Shown: positions 16,926 to 25,837, counted from the stretch's first letter. The stretch is DNA of 29,920 nt from a virus (IMGVR_UViG_3300031519_003612:1-29920), one strand, 5' to 3'. Notes: generated by a model from the sequence alone, not told the origin. Made by a program: numbers and translations.

Positions 16926-17365
16926 GTATATCAAAAACAATTAACCCAGGATTTTATAATGATTATATAATCAATCCTGATAAGAGACTTACTACTCTAT
17001 CTAAATTAGACTATAGCTTTTGGCAAAAATATAACAGTGCATATAACTATATGCGTGAAAGTGGAAAGTTAATAATTAGAGCTAAAGTTGTAAACTCTGA
17101 TAGTGTAGAAATATACCAAATATATGAAACTAAACAAGACAGATTAGAATTTCTTAGTATGTTTGATCCGTCTGTATTTCATAAAGATTCTAAGATTGCA
17201 ATTGAAGAAACCGAATATGAACTGAATGAATTAGAAAAAGATCAACTAATCGAAAAAATTATTAGTTCAAACAGTGTGTTGCTACAATGGGTCAAAGAAA
17301 ATCACCGAAAGCTGGGCATGACAATCGGTGATCCTTTAAAAAATGATAAAATTATATTAGTTTAA
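16880..17365 (+). CDS. Hypothetical protein
   Basis: ORF fills the gap at the end of the operon; start uncertain (16880 or 16895). Confidence 0.6.
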   Translation: MEKNNMPALAKNYWVSISKTINPGFYNDYIINPDKRLTTLSKLDYSFWQKYNSAYNYMRESGKLIIRAKVVNSDSVEIYQIYETKQDRLEFLSMFDPSVFHKDSKIAIEETEYELNELEKDQLIEKIISSNSVLLQWVKENHRKLGMTIGDPLKNDKIILV

Positions 17366-18568
17366 ATTTGCCCACCCGGTTATAGTTCCATCTGTGTTGC
17401 CTTGGAACTTTGCAACGTCAATAATGAATACTATTTGTCCAGCAGTTGGTGCAGTAAGTGCAGCATCACGTGCAGCAGCGTCTGCATATACACCTGGTTG
17501 AATAGTACCAGTTGCTACAATATTACCGCGTACATCTAACTTCTCAGCTGGAGCATCAGTGCCGATACCTAATCTACCTTGACGATTAAATATCATTACA
17601 TTGTCTACGCCAGTTGCGCCTGTGTCGTTATATGTAAAGAATAAAATACGACCTGGCATAACTCCGGAACCGATTGACGATGTATACTTGTCAGTACCTA
17701 ATTTAATAACAGCACTTGGACTATATGCTGTACCGTCCCATCCACTTGATGCAAGGTCTATTGATGTGTCGCCTGGTTGTAGAATATCTGGATTAGCTAA
17801 TGATGTTCTACTTGCTCTAAAATTAAAATTGCCGCCGTTGCTGCCGGCAGTAATATTATTAAATGTTATGCCTGGCCCGTCGAGTACATCTTGATTAATA
17901 TTAACAGTTGTAGTTGTGACTTGAGTATTATTAACATCGCCAACAATCTGAGAATTTACACCGTCAACTAATAGTGTACTGTCATCGCCAAATACTGAAC
18001 CAGTTAAATCACCGTCTACGTTACCGTCTACGTTACCAGTTACGTTACCAGTTACGTTACCAGTTACGTTACCAAAAAATCCAGTACTAGCTGTAATTGA
18101 ACTAGCTGTAATAGCAACAGTGTCAGTGTTGACCATTATAGTACTATCGTCACCTACAATGTTAATGTTGTAATTTTGCTGCTCTTTAAATATGTCAGTT
18201 GCTGATTGCGGAGTAAAGTGTACCCCGTCAAATCGTAGTATATCACCAGAAACAGGTGTAGCAGTAAGAAGTATTTCATTTATGTCGGCTAATGATAAAT
18301 TCCCTGCAATAAAATTAGCAAAACCGTCCCACTTTAATACATTATTAGAGGAGCTTGGAGGAACAGTTGTTATATCAACATCAGTTAAATCGCTTAATGA
18401 TACTGCGCCACCACCACCACCACTACTTGTATCAACTACAATACCGCCCACTGTTGTACCGTCACCTATGTACAGTGATTTAGTATCTGTTGTAAATATA
18501 GGTTCGCCTGCTAACGGCGTTATTGTTAGACGCTCTGCGTCTGTTCCTCTTCTTAAGCGTAAAGCCAT
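17357..18568 (-). CDS. Virion fibre/structural protein with Mtd_N-like N-terminus
   Basis: MALRLRRGT...GEPIFTTDTKSLYIGDG; G/T/N-rich; LSDLTDV, GNVT repeats, GRLGIGTDAPAEKLDVRG; SD AGGAG. Confidence 0.8.
   Translation of the reverse strand: MALRLRRGTDAERLTITPLAGEPIFTTDTKSLYIGDGTTVGGIVVDTSSGGGGGAVSLSDLTDVDITTVPPSSSNNVLKWDGFANFIAGNLSLADINEILLTATPVSGDILRFDGVHFTPQSATDIFKEQQNYNINIVGDDSTIMVNTDTVAITASSITASTGFFGNVTGNVTGNVTGNVDGNVDGDLTGSVFGDDSTLLVDGVNSQIVGDVNNTQVTTTTVNINQDVLDGPGITFNNITAGSNGGNFNFRASRTSLANPDILQPGDTSIDLASSGWDGTAYSPSAVIKLGTDKYTSSIGSGVMPGRILFFTYNDTGATGVDNVMIFNRQGRLGIGTDAPAEKLDVRGNIVATGTIQPGVYADAAARDAALTAPTAGQIVFIIDVAKFQGNTDGTITGWANLN
17999..18073. repeat. 12-bp tandem repeat encoding GNV(T/D)
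   Basis: accgtctacgtt x2 and accagttacgtt x3 (18011-18070), plus a degenerate unit at 17999. Confidence 0.9.
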
Positions 18569-18599
18569 TCTGACTACTCCTAGTAATACTTGTTACAAG

Positions 18600-18607
18600 T
18601 ATTTATC
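18600..18607 (-). promoter_or_regulatory. Late promoter variant GATAAATA
   Basis: Upstream of the fibre gene; overlaps the inverted repeat 18585-18603. Confidence 0.55.
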
Positions 18608-18611
18608 AGAT

Positions 18612-18920
18612 TTATTTTCTTTTCTTCATAAAAGTAGTTGTCCGTTGTTGTATATCGGCTTTAACTTTTTTAGTGTCTAGTCTAAAGTCTACACTTTCAA
18701 TACTATCACCATATTCTTCAAAGAAATCTTCGATAATAGTTTCTAAACTATTTTCAGTAGTTTTCTTTCTTTTAAGATCAACTTCCCAAACTTTTCCGTC
18801 TTTAAATGATACACGGATGGCAGCGAGATACTCAAGAGGTACAACTTTAACGTCGATATCCTTGAGTATCTCTGGCCAATGTTGGATAACATCTTCTGGT
18901 AATTTTTGACTCTTAGGCAC
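18612..18920 (-). CDS. Hypothetical phage protein
   Basis: Likely GTG start 18920 overlapping the upstream stop; track start 19010 would overlap 98 nt. Confidence 0.7.
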   Translation of the reverse strand: MPKSQKLPEDVIQHWPEILKDIDVKVVPLEYLAAIRVSFKDGKVWEVDLKRKKTTENSLETIIEDFFEEYGDSIESVDFRLDTKKVKADIQQRTTTFMKKRK

Positions 18921-19539
18921 TCGTAGTAGTCTTTTTAGCTGCTGCTTTTTTAGTAGGAACAAGAGCTTCTGCTTCATCTCTGAGACGTTTTGCTTCTTTG
19001 TACATAGCATCGGCTTGTGAGCGGTATTGTGCTGCTATATCTTCGTCTGATAATGGTTGTTCGTTAGGAACATTAACCACATCTTCTACTAATTGCCTCT
19101 CTGCTACCGCAGGCTCTCCTAAGTCTCTTTTACGTGGTTTATCTGCATCTGCAGGCGCAAGTGTTAAGTCGCTTATACTTATACCTCTGCTTTCTGCAAA
19201 CGCACGATTTAACTCGTCTAATCCTAGACTATAATTTGTAGTCGGTGTCATCTCAATCTGATCAGTTCTTAGCTTGACAAGTTTGCCAGTAGCATGGAAT
19301 CGAGGTAACATACGACTACCGTCCTGTAGCAACGCTCTATCCATTGCTTCACCAAATTCGTATGCTGTTTGACCTGTATTACTCTCTACAAGATTGATCA
19401 CAGAATCATGGTCTTGTGGAGAAAGGTTCTCAGTTGGAAGTATTAGACAACTTTCTGGATCTCCAGGAATTGTTCTAAATACTATAACACACTTTCTTTT
19501 GTTGGACTTAACTCGTCCAACATGATTGGTATTAGCCAT
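18913..19539 (-). CDS. Hypothetical phage protein
   Basis: 208-aa ORF, TAATG-coupled, with a coiled C-terminus. Confidence 0.8.
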   Translation of the reverse strand: MANTNHVGRVKSNKRKCVIVFRTIPGDPESCLILPTENLSPQDHDSVINLVESNTGQTAYEFGEAMDRALLQDGSRMLPRFHATGKLVKLRTDQIEMTPTTNYSLGLDELNRAFAESRGISISDLTLAPADADKPRKRDLGEPAVAERQLVEDVVNVPNEQPLSDEDIAAQYRSQADAMYKEAKRLRDEAEALVPTKKAAAKKTTTSA

Positions 19540-19808
19540 TAAACTGCCGCCGCGTCAATTGCTGCACCGGCTGCTTCGTCGGTTGCTTCTGCAGTTGCTT
19601 CTTCTTTAGCTTGCTGTGATGCCGCAATGGCCGCTAAGAAGTTTTCTAACTTAGTATAAGTTGTACCAACGACAGTCATTTCGTTTGGTTTAAATGCACC
19701 GCGCTGACTAGCAACGTCGATGATAGTTTTTAAAGCATTAAGGTCCTGTACAGTAAGATCTACTGCGGGCGCTTGTTGTGTTGCTTGTTCTTGGGTTTGT
19801 TCAGACAT
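19539..19808 (-). CDS. Hypothetical phage protein
   Basis: Start MSEQ at 19808 with SD AGGAGA; IIDVASQRGAFK core. Confidence 0.8.
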   Translation of the reverse strand: MSEQTQEQATQQAPAVDLTVQDLNALKTIIDVASQRGAFKPNEMTVVGTTYTKLENFLAAIAASQQAKEEATAEATDEAAGAAIDAAAV

Positions 19809-19828
19809 AATTATCTCCTTTTGCAATT

Positions 19829-19836
19829 TATTTATA
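19829..19836 (-). promoter_or_regulatory. T4-type late promoter TATAAATA
   Basis: Exact consensus in the intergenic gap. Confidence 0.7.
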
Positions 19837-19845
19837 AGTGTCTTG

Positions 19846-20127
19846 TCAGTTATACTTTAAAAGTGGACACGCTAATACAAAATAACTTAGTTCTTTTTGA
19901 TTCTCAAATCCTATAGCAATTTTACCTACCATTTGATTTGATTCGTCAACTACTAATTTAGTACCAACAAAATATCTTCCTTTTAAATGTACATCTATCC
20001 ATTTTGTAATGGAATCTTGTAAGTTATACCTTTGATCAATGTAAACAGTTTCAAAGAACTCTGGTATAAATTCTACTCTTCTCTTTCCTAATATATTTAA
20101 CGGATTAGGTTCTTTAAGTGGCTTCAT
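19846..20127 (-). CDS. Hypothetical phage protein
   Basis: 93-aa ORF in operon order. Confidence 0.7.
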   Translation of the reverse strand: MKPLKEPNPLNILGKRRVEFIPEFFETVYIDQRYNLQDSITKWIDVHLKGRYFVGTKLVVDESNQMVGKIAIGFENQKELSYFVLACPLLKYN

Positions 20128-21418
20128 AGTGAGCAGTAACTCCGAACGGGCCTTCTAAGTTTTTATCATGGTGACTATGGATAATGAATACTGTATCGCA
20201 GTAATCTGCATCACCCCAGCTATCCCAAGCATACCCGTCTGTAAACATAATAAACTTTTTAGGCTGTATATCATTGTCTTTCATGTAAGACCAGTTAACC
20301 ATAAAGTCAGTGCCTCCACCGCCCATAATTTTGTAATCTAGTAAGTCTTCACCGCAGTCGGCACTAAAGTCTTGCTCGTTATACACCTTAGTATCAAAGC
20401 ACCAAAGTTTAATTTTGTAGTCTTGATATTCATCCATAATGCCTTTGATCTCACTTAGAAAGTCTCGTCCTTGTTCGTCGCCAATTGACCCTGACATATC
20501 TATACTAATACACAAGTCAATTGTATCTTGAAAGTCACCACCCGGCAAAATAGCACCAGTATGCCAACCTTTACGGTTTGGTCGAGCAAATGTGTAATCG
20601 TGTTTAATTGTACTTTGGATTTGCTGGCGAAGTATTTCACGCCAGTTCATCTTAGGCTCAGTAAGCTCTTTGATCATACGCTGAATTTCGCTTGGTACTT
20701 TGCCTGCACCTGATGTTTGAGCGGCACTAAGCATACCTTCTTTAATTTCGTCTTTAATCTTATCTAATTCTTCTTTAGAATATTTTGGACGACTTTTACT
20801 TACACTATTGCCGTTATTGTCTTTAGATTCGCCGGCCCCTTCTTCTCCGTCATCACCTTCTGCGTCAAGGTGTTCGTCTAGCATTTCGCCTAGTTGTTTT
20901 AAGTATTCTTTGCCGTTCTTTTCTGCTTCTTTAAATAGTTCATCGTAAACATCTTCCGAAGTCCAACCTTCGTATTTAACGTCTCGAAAACAGTCTACAA
21001 TCTTAGGAATTTTACCAATACGGTCACGTATAAGCAAATTGTTTACAATATAGTCAGCGGCAATGTTATACAACATTGGGTCTCGATCTTTTCTACGACC
21101 TAAGTGATCAAATACACAATGAAGAATTTCGTGTGCAACAACAAATTCAATTTCTTTATTATTCATTGCATTAAAAAATTGAGTGTTAAAGTAAAGGTTA
21201 CGTCCATCTACAGCCGCAGTTGGACACCAATCGTCCGCCGCCATAACACGCAAACGAGTAGCCATGTTACCAAAAAACGGATGACGCAATAGCAACCCTA
21301 CACGAGCAATAATGATACGATCTAACACTTCTACTCGCATCGCTTCTAGTTGCTCTGGAGTAATATTAGGATCGGGTTGCCAATTTTTAAGTTTACTTGC
21401 TGTTTTTTTAGTAGACAT
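20114..21418 (-). CDS. VWA domain-containing metallopeptidase-like protein (DUF2201-like)
   Basis: AHEILH (HExxH), NIAADYIVN, IDMSGSI (MIDAS), GGGGTDF, FTDG. Confidence 0.9.
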   Translation of the reverse strand: MSTKKTASKLKNWQPDPNITPEQLEAMRVEVLDRIIIARVGLLLRHPFFGNMATRLRVMAADDWCPTAAVDGRNLYFNTQFFNAMNNKEIEFVVAHEILHCVFDHLGRRKDRDPMLYNIAADYIVNNLLIRDRIGKIPKIVDCFRDVKYEGWTSEDVYDELFKEAEKNGKEYLKQLGEMLDEHLDAEGDDGEEGAGESKDNNGNSVSKSRPKYSKEELDKIKDEIKEGMLSAAQTSGAGKVPSEIQRMIKELTEPKMNWREILRQQIQSTIKHDYTFARPNRKGWHTGAILPGGDFQDTIDLCISIDMSGSIGDEQGRDFLSEIKGIMDEYQDYKIKLWCFDTKVYNEQDFSADCGEDLLDYKIMGGGGTDFMVNWSYMKDNDIQPKKFIMFTDGYAWDSWGDADYCDTVFIIHSHHDKNLEGPFGVTAHYEAT

Positions 21419-21450
21419 TTAACACCTCATTTCTTAATTTCTATACTAAC

Positions 21451-21479
21451 AGTATACTACTATTTAAGGTAGTTGTCAA
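21451..21479 (-). promoter_or_regulatory. sigma70 promoter with embedded TAAATA
   Basis: TTGACA, 17-nt spacer, TATACT. Confidence 0.75.
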
Positions 21480-21480
21480 G

Positions 21481-21518
21481 AGAAAAAGGACGTTTTGAAT
21501 GAGATCGCCCAACTCATT
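21481..21518 (-). terminator. Structured 3' element (H-type pseudoknot or hairpin followed by a U-tract)
   Basis: AAUGAG-UU-GGGCG-AU-CUCAUU-CAAAA-CGUCC-UUUUUCU immediately after the UAA UAG stops. Confidence 0.5.
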
Positions 21519-21522
21519 TCTA

Positions 21523-22611
21523 TTAGGTTTGGTTTGCGGCAGTAATATACTTACCAAACCGCTGATGAAACTCATCAAAACATTCTACTTCATCTGGATC
21601 AATTGGTAATGCATATTGTGTAAGAGCAAGTTTAATACCCATAACAACCAATTCAGTTTCAAAATTGTCCATTGCAAAGCGCAGGAAGTTGTTAACTTTA
21701 TCGTCAAACTTCTTATCATTTTTATCACATGCTTCTTTCAGTTCGTAACAAAGTGAAACAGTCAAGGAATACATTGCACTGATTTCCTTATTTTTAATAG
21801 TCTCTACTTTACCATCAAGAATGTCTGTTGGATTAGGCATTTGTCCAGCTACCTTGCGGTGTGCCATAAATTTAACAGCTAACCCTTCGCCGACAGAGCC
21901 ACTAACTAAATCAGTAGTGGTAATGGCGTCGTCGTCATCTTCAAGCAACTCACTAACAAACGACCACGAACGAGGTGTTGCAAACGAGCGACTTGGGCTC
22001 TTAGGATCAAAGTCGTACAAGTCTTTCTTTGCAAAAGTCAAGTAACCGACAACATCTGTGTGGATTTTGTTATCTACTGCCCACTGGAACCAATCATCAA
22101 AGTCAACACGCAATTCCAAGTGTACAAAGCGGTTAGCCAACGGAGCAGGCATACGATACGTAACACCTTTGTCTGCTTCACGGTTACCGGCAGCAATAAT
22201 TAATACATTGTCTGGCAATTTATAAGTGCCAACACGACGGTTAAGAATAAGTTGATAAGCCGCAGCCTGCACACTAGGGGCTGCACTGTTCATTTCGTCT
22301 AGGAACAGTACAATGTTATCATACTGTGCCGCAAACTCTGCACTAGGAAGTTCTGCCGGAGGCGCCCATTGCATTGTACCTGAATTGCTGTCAAAGTATG
22401 GAATGCCTTTAATGTCAGTAGGATCCCAAAGACTTAGGCGAATATCAATAAGATGCGAGTTAGGCAAACTTTTAGTAATCTGTGCTACAATATCAGATTT
22501 ACCAATGCCCGGAGGCCCCCAAAGAAACAACGGGCGTTTCTTTTTAAATGCTCGCAGGATAGATTTTTTAGCGCCGTTTGGGCTAGTAGTGCGATGTGCT
22601 ACGTTTTCCAT
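21523..22611 (-). CDS. MoxR-like AAA+ ATPase
   Basis: Walker A GPPGIGKS, Walker B LFLDE, AAGN, PLANRF, TPRSW. Confidence 0.93.
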   Translation of the reverse strand: MENVAHRTTSPNGAKKSILRAFKKKRPLFLWGPPGIGKSDIVAQITKSLPNSHLIDIRLSLWDPTDIKGIPYFDSNSGTMQWAPPAELPSAEFAAQYDNIVLFLDEMNSAAPSVQAAAYQLILNRRVGTYKLPDNVLIIAAGNREADKGVTYRMPAPLANRFVHLELRVDFDDWFQWAVDNKIHTDVVGYLTFAKKDLYDFDPKSPSRSFATPRSWSFVSELLEDDDDAITTTDLVSGSVGEGLAVKFMAHRKVAGQMPNPTDILDGKVETIKNKEISAMYSLTVSLCYELKEACDKNDKKFDDKVNNFLRFAMDNFETELVVMGIKLALTQYALPIDPDEVECFDEFHQRFGKYITAANQT

Positions 22612-22657
22612 TTTGTATTCCTTTTAAGTATCAGTGCATTTGTTAACTTATGCTACT

Positions 22658-22685
22658 ATTATAGCACCACTGTAAGGAATGTCAA
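22658..22685 (-). promoter_or_regulatory. sigma70 promoter with extended -10
   Basis: TTGACA, 16-nt spacer, TATAAT preceded by TGC. Confidence 0.75.
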
Positions 22686-22692
22686 CCTGTTT

Positions 22693-23076
22693 TTAATCTT
22701 TTTTGGATCTATTCATCGCTTTTGTTATACCATACTTGCGTAGATCACCTGAGAAAAGAGTAAGCTCGACTGCTTTCTTTTCGTTCGTCACGGTAATACT
22801 TCTGTTTGTAAGATAGTACGGACAGTCGATAAACTTGTCAAGATGTATAATTACTTGCGTAGTCAACGGAATATCTTTAGGATATGGAACATCGTATGTA
22901 GATAACCCTAGTTCTAACAACAGTTCGTATCCTTTATCAGTTAAACGCAGCCCACCGTGATCTTTGTTCCTAGTATTTTGCCACCATAGCGGCATAAATT
23001 CTTTTACTGTTGCTTCATTTATACTTTTACCTAGTTCTTTTAAAAAGATCTTAGTATACGTTTCTTTCCAATTCAT
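22693..23076 (-). CDS. Hypothetical phage protein
   Basis: 127-aa ORF, GGLRLTDKG...CPYY. Confidence 0.8.
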   Translation of the reverse strand: MNWKETYTKIFLKELGKSINEATVKEFMPLWWQNTRNKDHGGLRLTDKGYELLLELGLSTYDVPYPKDIPLTTQVIIHLDKFIDCPYYLTNRSITVTNEKKAVELTLFSGDLRKYGITKAMNRSKKD

Positions 23077-23079
23077 TTA

Positions 23080-23373
23080 CTATTCTTCTTCAAAAATAGT
23101 TTCGCCATCTAAAAGTTTTACAACTGAAAATTTATCCGTATTAAACATTTCATTTAACTTTGAGCACAAGTTAAATGCATGTCCAGGATTTGAGAAACTA
23201 ACTTTCTTATACTTAGGCCCTGGATAATTTGTTAATGCATTTGAGCTTTTTAGATTAAATGGTTTATTATTGTAAAATACAGCCCAGATGGCTTCTGCAT
23301 CTAAGATCTGTTCCATCTTATACGTTTTTTTATTTACGTTTTCTAATATAACCTTCGGCTTAGGTCTGCTCAT
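23080..23373 (-). CDS. Hypothetical phage protein
   Basis: 97-aa ORF with SD AAGGA. Confidence 0.8.
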   Translation of the reverse strand: MSRPKPKVILENVNKKTYKMEQILDAEAIWAVFYNNKPFNLKSSNALTNYPGPKYKKVSFSNPGHAFNLCSKLNEMFNTDKFSVVKLLDGETIFEEE

Positions 23374-23409
23374 ATGCGTATCCTTTTATTAACTACGCAT
23401 ATATTTATC
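23372..23409 (-). promoter_or_regulatory. Start-codon-occluding hairpin overlapped by late promoter GATAAATA
   Basis: 9-bp inverted repeat at 23372-23380 and 23394-23402; promoter at 23402-23409. Confidence 0.6.
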
Positions 23410-23426
23410 TCTTTTTTTAAGTTAAA

Positions 23427-23660
23427 TTACCAGTTACTGCCGCCGTCCATTGAAATTTTAATAACTTCTTCTTTAGGCTTTTGTAACAGTTCTTCTAGAT
23501 TGCCGTTTAATCTAGCCATAACAATGCCTAAAGTAAATGCTAAATCTTTTGCTTGAGTAATTGACAACTTCAATTCTTTGGATTGACTAGACTCGGCACT
23601 TTTAACCTGCTGAATAAACTGCTGAATGGGAAACGTATTAAGTGGTTGATTTTGCTGCAT
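23427..23660 (-). CDS. Hypothetical phage protein
   Basis: 77-aa ORF in operon order. Confidence 0.7.
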   Translation of the reverse strand: MQQNQPLNTFPIQQFIQQVKSAESSQSKELKLSITQAKDLAFTLGIVMARLNGNLEELLQKPKEEVIKISMDGGSNW

Positions 23661-24114
23661 TTGCTAACTCCAGTCGCATTTCGATATCAGTTTTAAACGG
23701 TCCTCTAAAATTGTAACGCTGTACAGTAATTAGTTTAGGGCAAAAACTTTTAACCCAACCCTTTTCAAATTGAATAATATAATACCCCGCACAATATAAA
23801 CTTTTTGACTTATCACTCTTAGTAAAAAGAGGAATTTTATTTTTTACATCGTATATTGTATTATATGGCTCTGTGCTAGTAGGAAAGTTATATGCAATCT
23901 TTTCTTTTGGATCATGATCACTAATAGATTCTGTCCAGAATATCTTGCCGCCAAGATCTTTGTATAATTGCGAAGTATCGGTATACATTTTTGAACCAGT
24001 ATCGCATGTATACATAAATTGTTCATCTTGTGCTGATAATGTACCAACCTTGTTTCCGTTGTTTTCAATAATCCAAAACTTGTCTTTTAATACGGGTTTA
24101 GCTTTTATAGTCAT
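23638..24114 (-). CDS. Hypothetical phage protein
   Basis: 158-aa ORF overlapping the RNase H stop. Confidence 0.8.
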   Translation of the reverse strand: MTIKAKPVLKDKFWIIENNGNKVGTLSAQDEQFMYTCDTGSKMYTDTSQLYKDLGGKIFWTESISDHDPKEKIAYNFPTSTEPYNTIYDVKNKIPLFTKSDKSKSLYCAGYYIIQFEKGWVKSFCPKLITVQRYNFRGPFKTDIEMRLELANAAKSTT

Positions 24115-25094
24115 TTGTTATACCTTGCTTGTAACGGTTCTGCAAAACTTGCTGCCTGGTCTGCAACACGCTGCATGTCCCACTTTGCACAGAACTTCAT
24201 AAGACGCATACCGACTTGTGTAATGTCTTTAGGTTCTACTTCTGTGATAGTGTTATTAATTATCTCTCTAATTTCTGTAGGTTGTGCAGTTAGATCACAC
24301 AGTACAACATTACGGTTGTAGTCATCTAGCACACGATGCTCAACACCAGTATGATCAGTCCAACGTTGCAACATCATGTTATTCCAATTAAAGCCTTTTG
24401 TAGTTTTATCTTCATATGCTTCTATAAGACCAACTTTGTTCTTAGTACCTTTTATACGTACTCCAGGATAAGCACTAAAGACATTATCACTAGTGTCGCC
24501 GCGCATACATTTTTCAAACAACATAAATGCAGGATTGGGCGCAGGTTTTGCTTCTTTAGTCTTCTTGTCAATTACAGGCTTGCCTTTGTCGTCAAAGTAA
24601 CCTTGGTGTGTAATAGTTACATTAGCAACACCGTTGTACTGTTTTACATTAGAAGCAATCAACTGTGCAAAGTCGCCGTCTGTGCTAATAATAATATGAG
24701 TGTCATTAGGATGTGCTTGTACCCAACCTGCAATAAGATCATCTGCTTCTAGTTGCGGATGACGCATAACAGTACAGTTAGTCTTTTCTGTAACAAAGTT
24801 TTTAAACTCGTCAAAGATTTCCCAAAATGCTGTATCTTCTTCGCTTTCTTGTACAGTTAGTTTATCACGAGCAACTTGCCTGTTACGCTTGTAAGGCTCG
24901 TAAAAGTCTTTGCGCCAGCTACGACCTTCTAAACAGAATACAACATGATCTGCATTAAAGTCTTTCCATGCTTTTTTTACACTGTTAAGTGTAATATGTA
25001 ATGCCATACCTACCTTTGTGTCGATATCGCCACGTACTACATGTCGAGCTCTAAAGAAAGTATTTGCTGTGTCTACTAGAATATATGTACTCAT
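24111..25094 (-). CDS. rnh: T4 RNase H-like 5'-3' exonuclease (FEN family)
   Basis: ILVD, WRK..Y..YK.NR, LEADDLIA, STDGDFAQL, GDTSDNV. Confidence 0.9.
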   Translation of the reverse strand: MSTYILVDTANTFFRARHVVRGDIDTKVGMALHITLNSVKKAWKDFNADHVVFCLEGRSWRKDFYEPYKRNRQVARDKLTVQESEEDTAFWEIFDEFKNFVTEKTNCTVMRHPQLEADDLIAGWVQAHPNDTHIIISTDGDFAQLIASNVKQYNGVANVTITHQGYFDDKGKPVIDKKTKEAKPAPNPAFMLFEKCMRGDTSDNVFSAYPGVRIKGTKNKVGLIEAYEDKTTKGFNWNNMMLQRWTDHTGVEHRVLDDYNRNVVLCDLTAQPTEIREIINNTITEVEPKDITQVGMRLMKFCAKWDMQRVADQAASFAEPLQARYNK

Positions 25095-25132
25095 GTTATA
25101 TATGTGCCTTTAGTGTTATTATTAATAATACT

Positions 25133-25161
25133 ATTATAGCATAGGATTAATAGAATGTCAA
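25133..25161 (-). promoter_or_regulatory. Consensus sigma70 promoter with extended -10
   Basis: TTGACA, 17-nt spacer, TATAAT preceded by TGC. Confidence 0.8.
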
Positions 25162-25548
25162 TCACGATACTTCACTCTTGCCTTTGCTAATAGGTACCAC
25201 ATTAATATAACCCATTTCTCGTGCTGTTTCAAGTCCTTCTTCGCCTAACATTTGAGTTACAATTGTTCGAAACCATGCATCTACCATTTGTTCTTGGCTT
25301 TCGCCATTATATCCGGCATCCATAAGTTGTTCGATAAACTCGTTATTCCAATCAAGCTCAAAGAACCCGTTTTTAATGTTTTCTGGATTAATTTGCATAT
25401 CTAATACAGCAACCCATGCTTCTCCAGCAGCAGTAGCTTCTACTTTTTCTTTTTCAAGCACAGCTCTCCGTTGTTCTTCTGTAGTAGGTTCTACAGATTC
25501 TTCTGCAACTTTTTCTTTTTTGCCTAGTAGTTTATTAAACCAATCCAT
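25162..25548 (-). CDS. Hypothetical phage protein
   Basis: 128-aa ORF, GFFELDWN, SD AGGAG. Confidence 0.8.
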   Translation of the reverse strand: MDWFNKLLGKKEKVAEESVEPTTEEQRRAVLEKEKVEATAAGEAWVAVLDMQINPENIKNGFFELDWNNEFIEQLMDAGYNGESQEQMVDAWFRTIVTQMLGEEGLETAREMGYINVVPISKGKSEVS

Positions 25549-25748
25549 TATTCGTTCTCCTTAGTGTATGTTACATGTTGTGTAATTTCGCCAACTAACA
25601 AGTATTTAGGTTCAGTATAGCTATTAGTGCCTTTTACTTCTAGTCTAACATACACGTCGTTTTCTTGTAATTTATTCCAGCTTGCATTCAGTGCTTTAAC
25701 ATCTTTTTCAAACTGTTTTACAAGATCTATCACTTTTGGGTCTTTCAT
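25548..25748 (-). CDS. Hypothetical protein
   Basis: 66-aa ORF, SD AAGGA, TAATG-coupled to the next gene. Confidence 0.65.
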   Translation of the reverse strand: MKDPKVIDLVKQFEKDVKALNASWNKLQENDVYVRLEVKGTNSYTEPKYLLVGEITQHVTYTKENE

Positions 25749-25837
25749 ATCTGCTTCCTTATAGCGTTGTATTGATCTTGTGTTATAGACTTATTTCGAA
25801 GAATATCTAATTCTTCTTGTTTAAGTCCCCCAGGCAT
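25745..25837 (-). CDS. Possible 30-aa small protein (MPGGLKQEELDILRNKSITQDQYNAIRKQI)
   Basis: Fills the gap after queE; its stop overlaps the next start (ATGA). Confidence 0.35.
   Translation of the reverse strand: MPGGLKQEELDILRNKSITQDQYNAIRKQI

Noticed and set aside
17999-18073. CRISPR array
   Set aside because: Contiguous in-frame 12-mers without spacers, inside a coding sequence.
17357-18568. Diversity-generating retroelement suggested by the Mtd_N-like domain
   Set aside because: No reverse transcriptase and no template/variable repeat pair seen in the window.
20114-22611. MoxR ATPase plus VWA metallopeptidase as a novel system
   Set aside because: This is a well-known, widespread gene pair; only its intergenic RNA structure is flagged.
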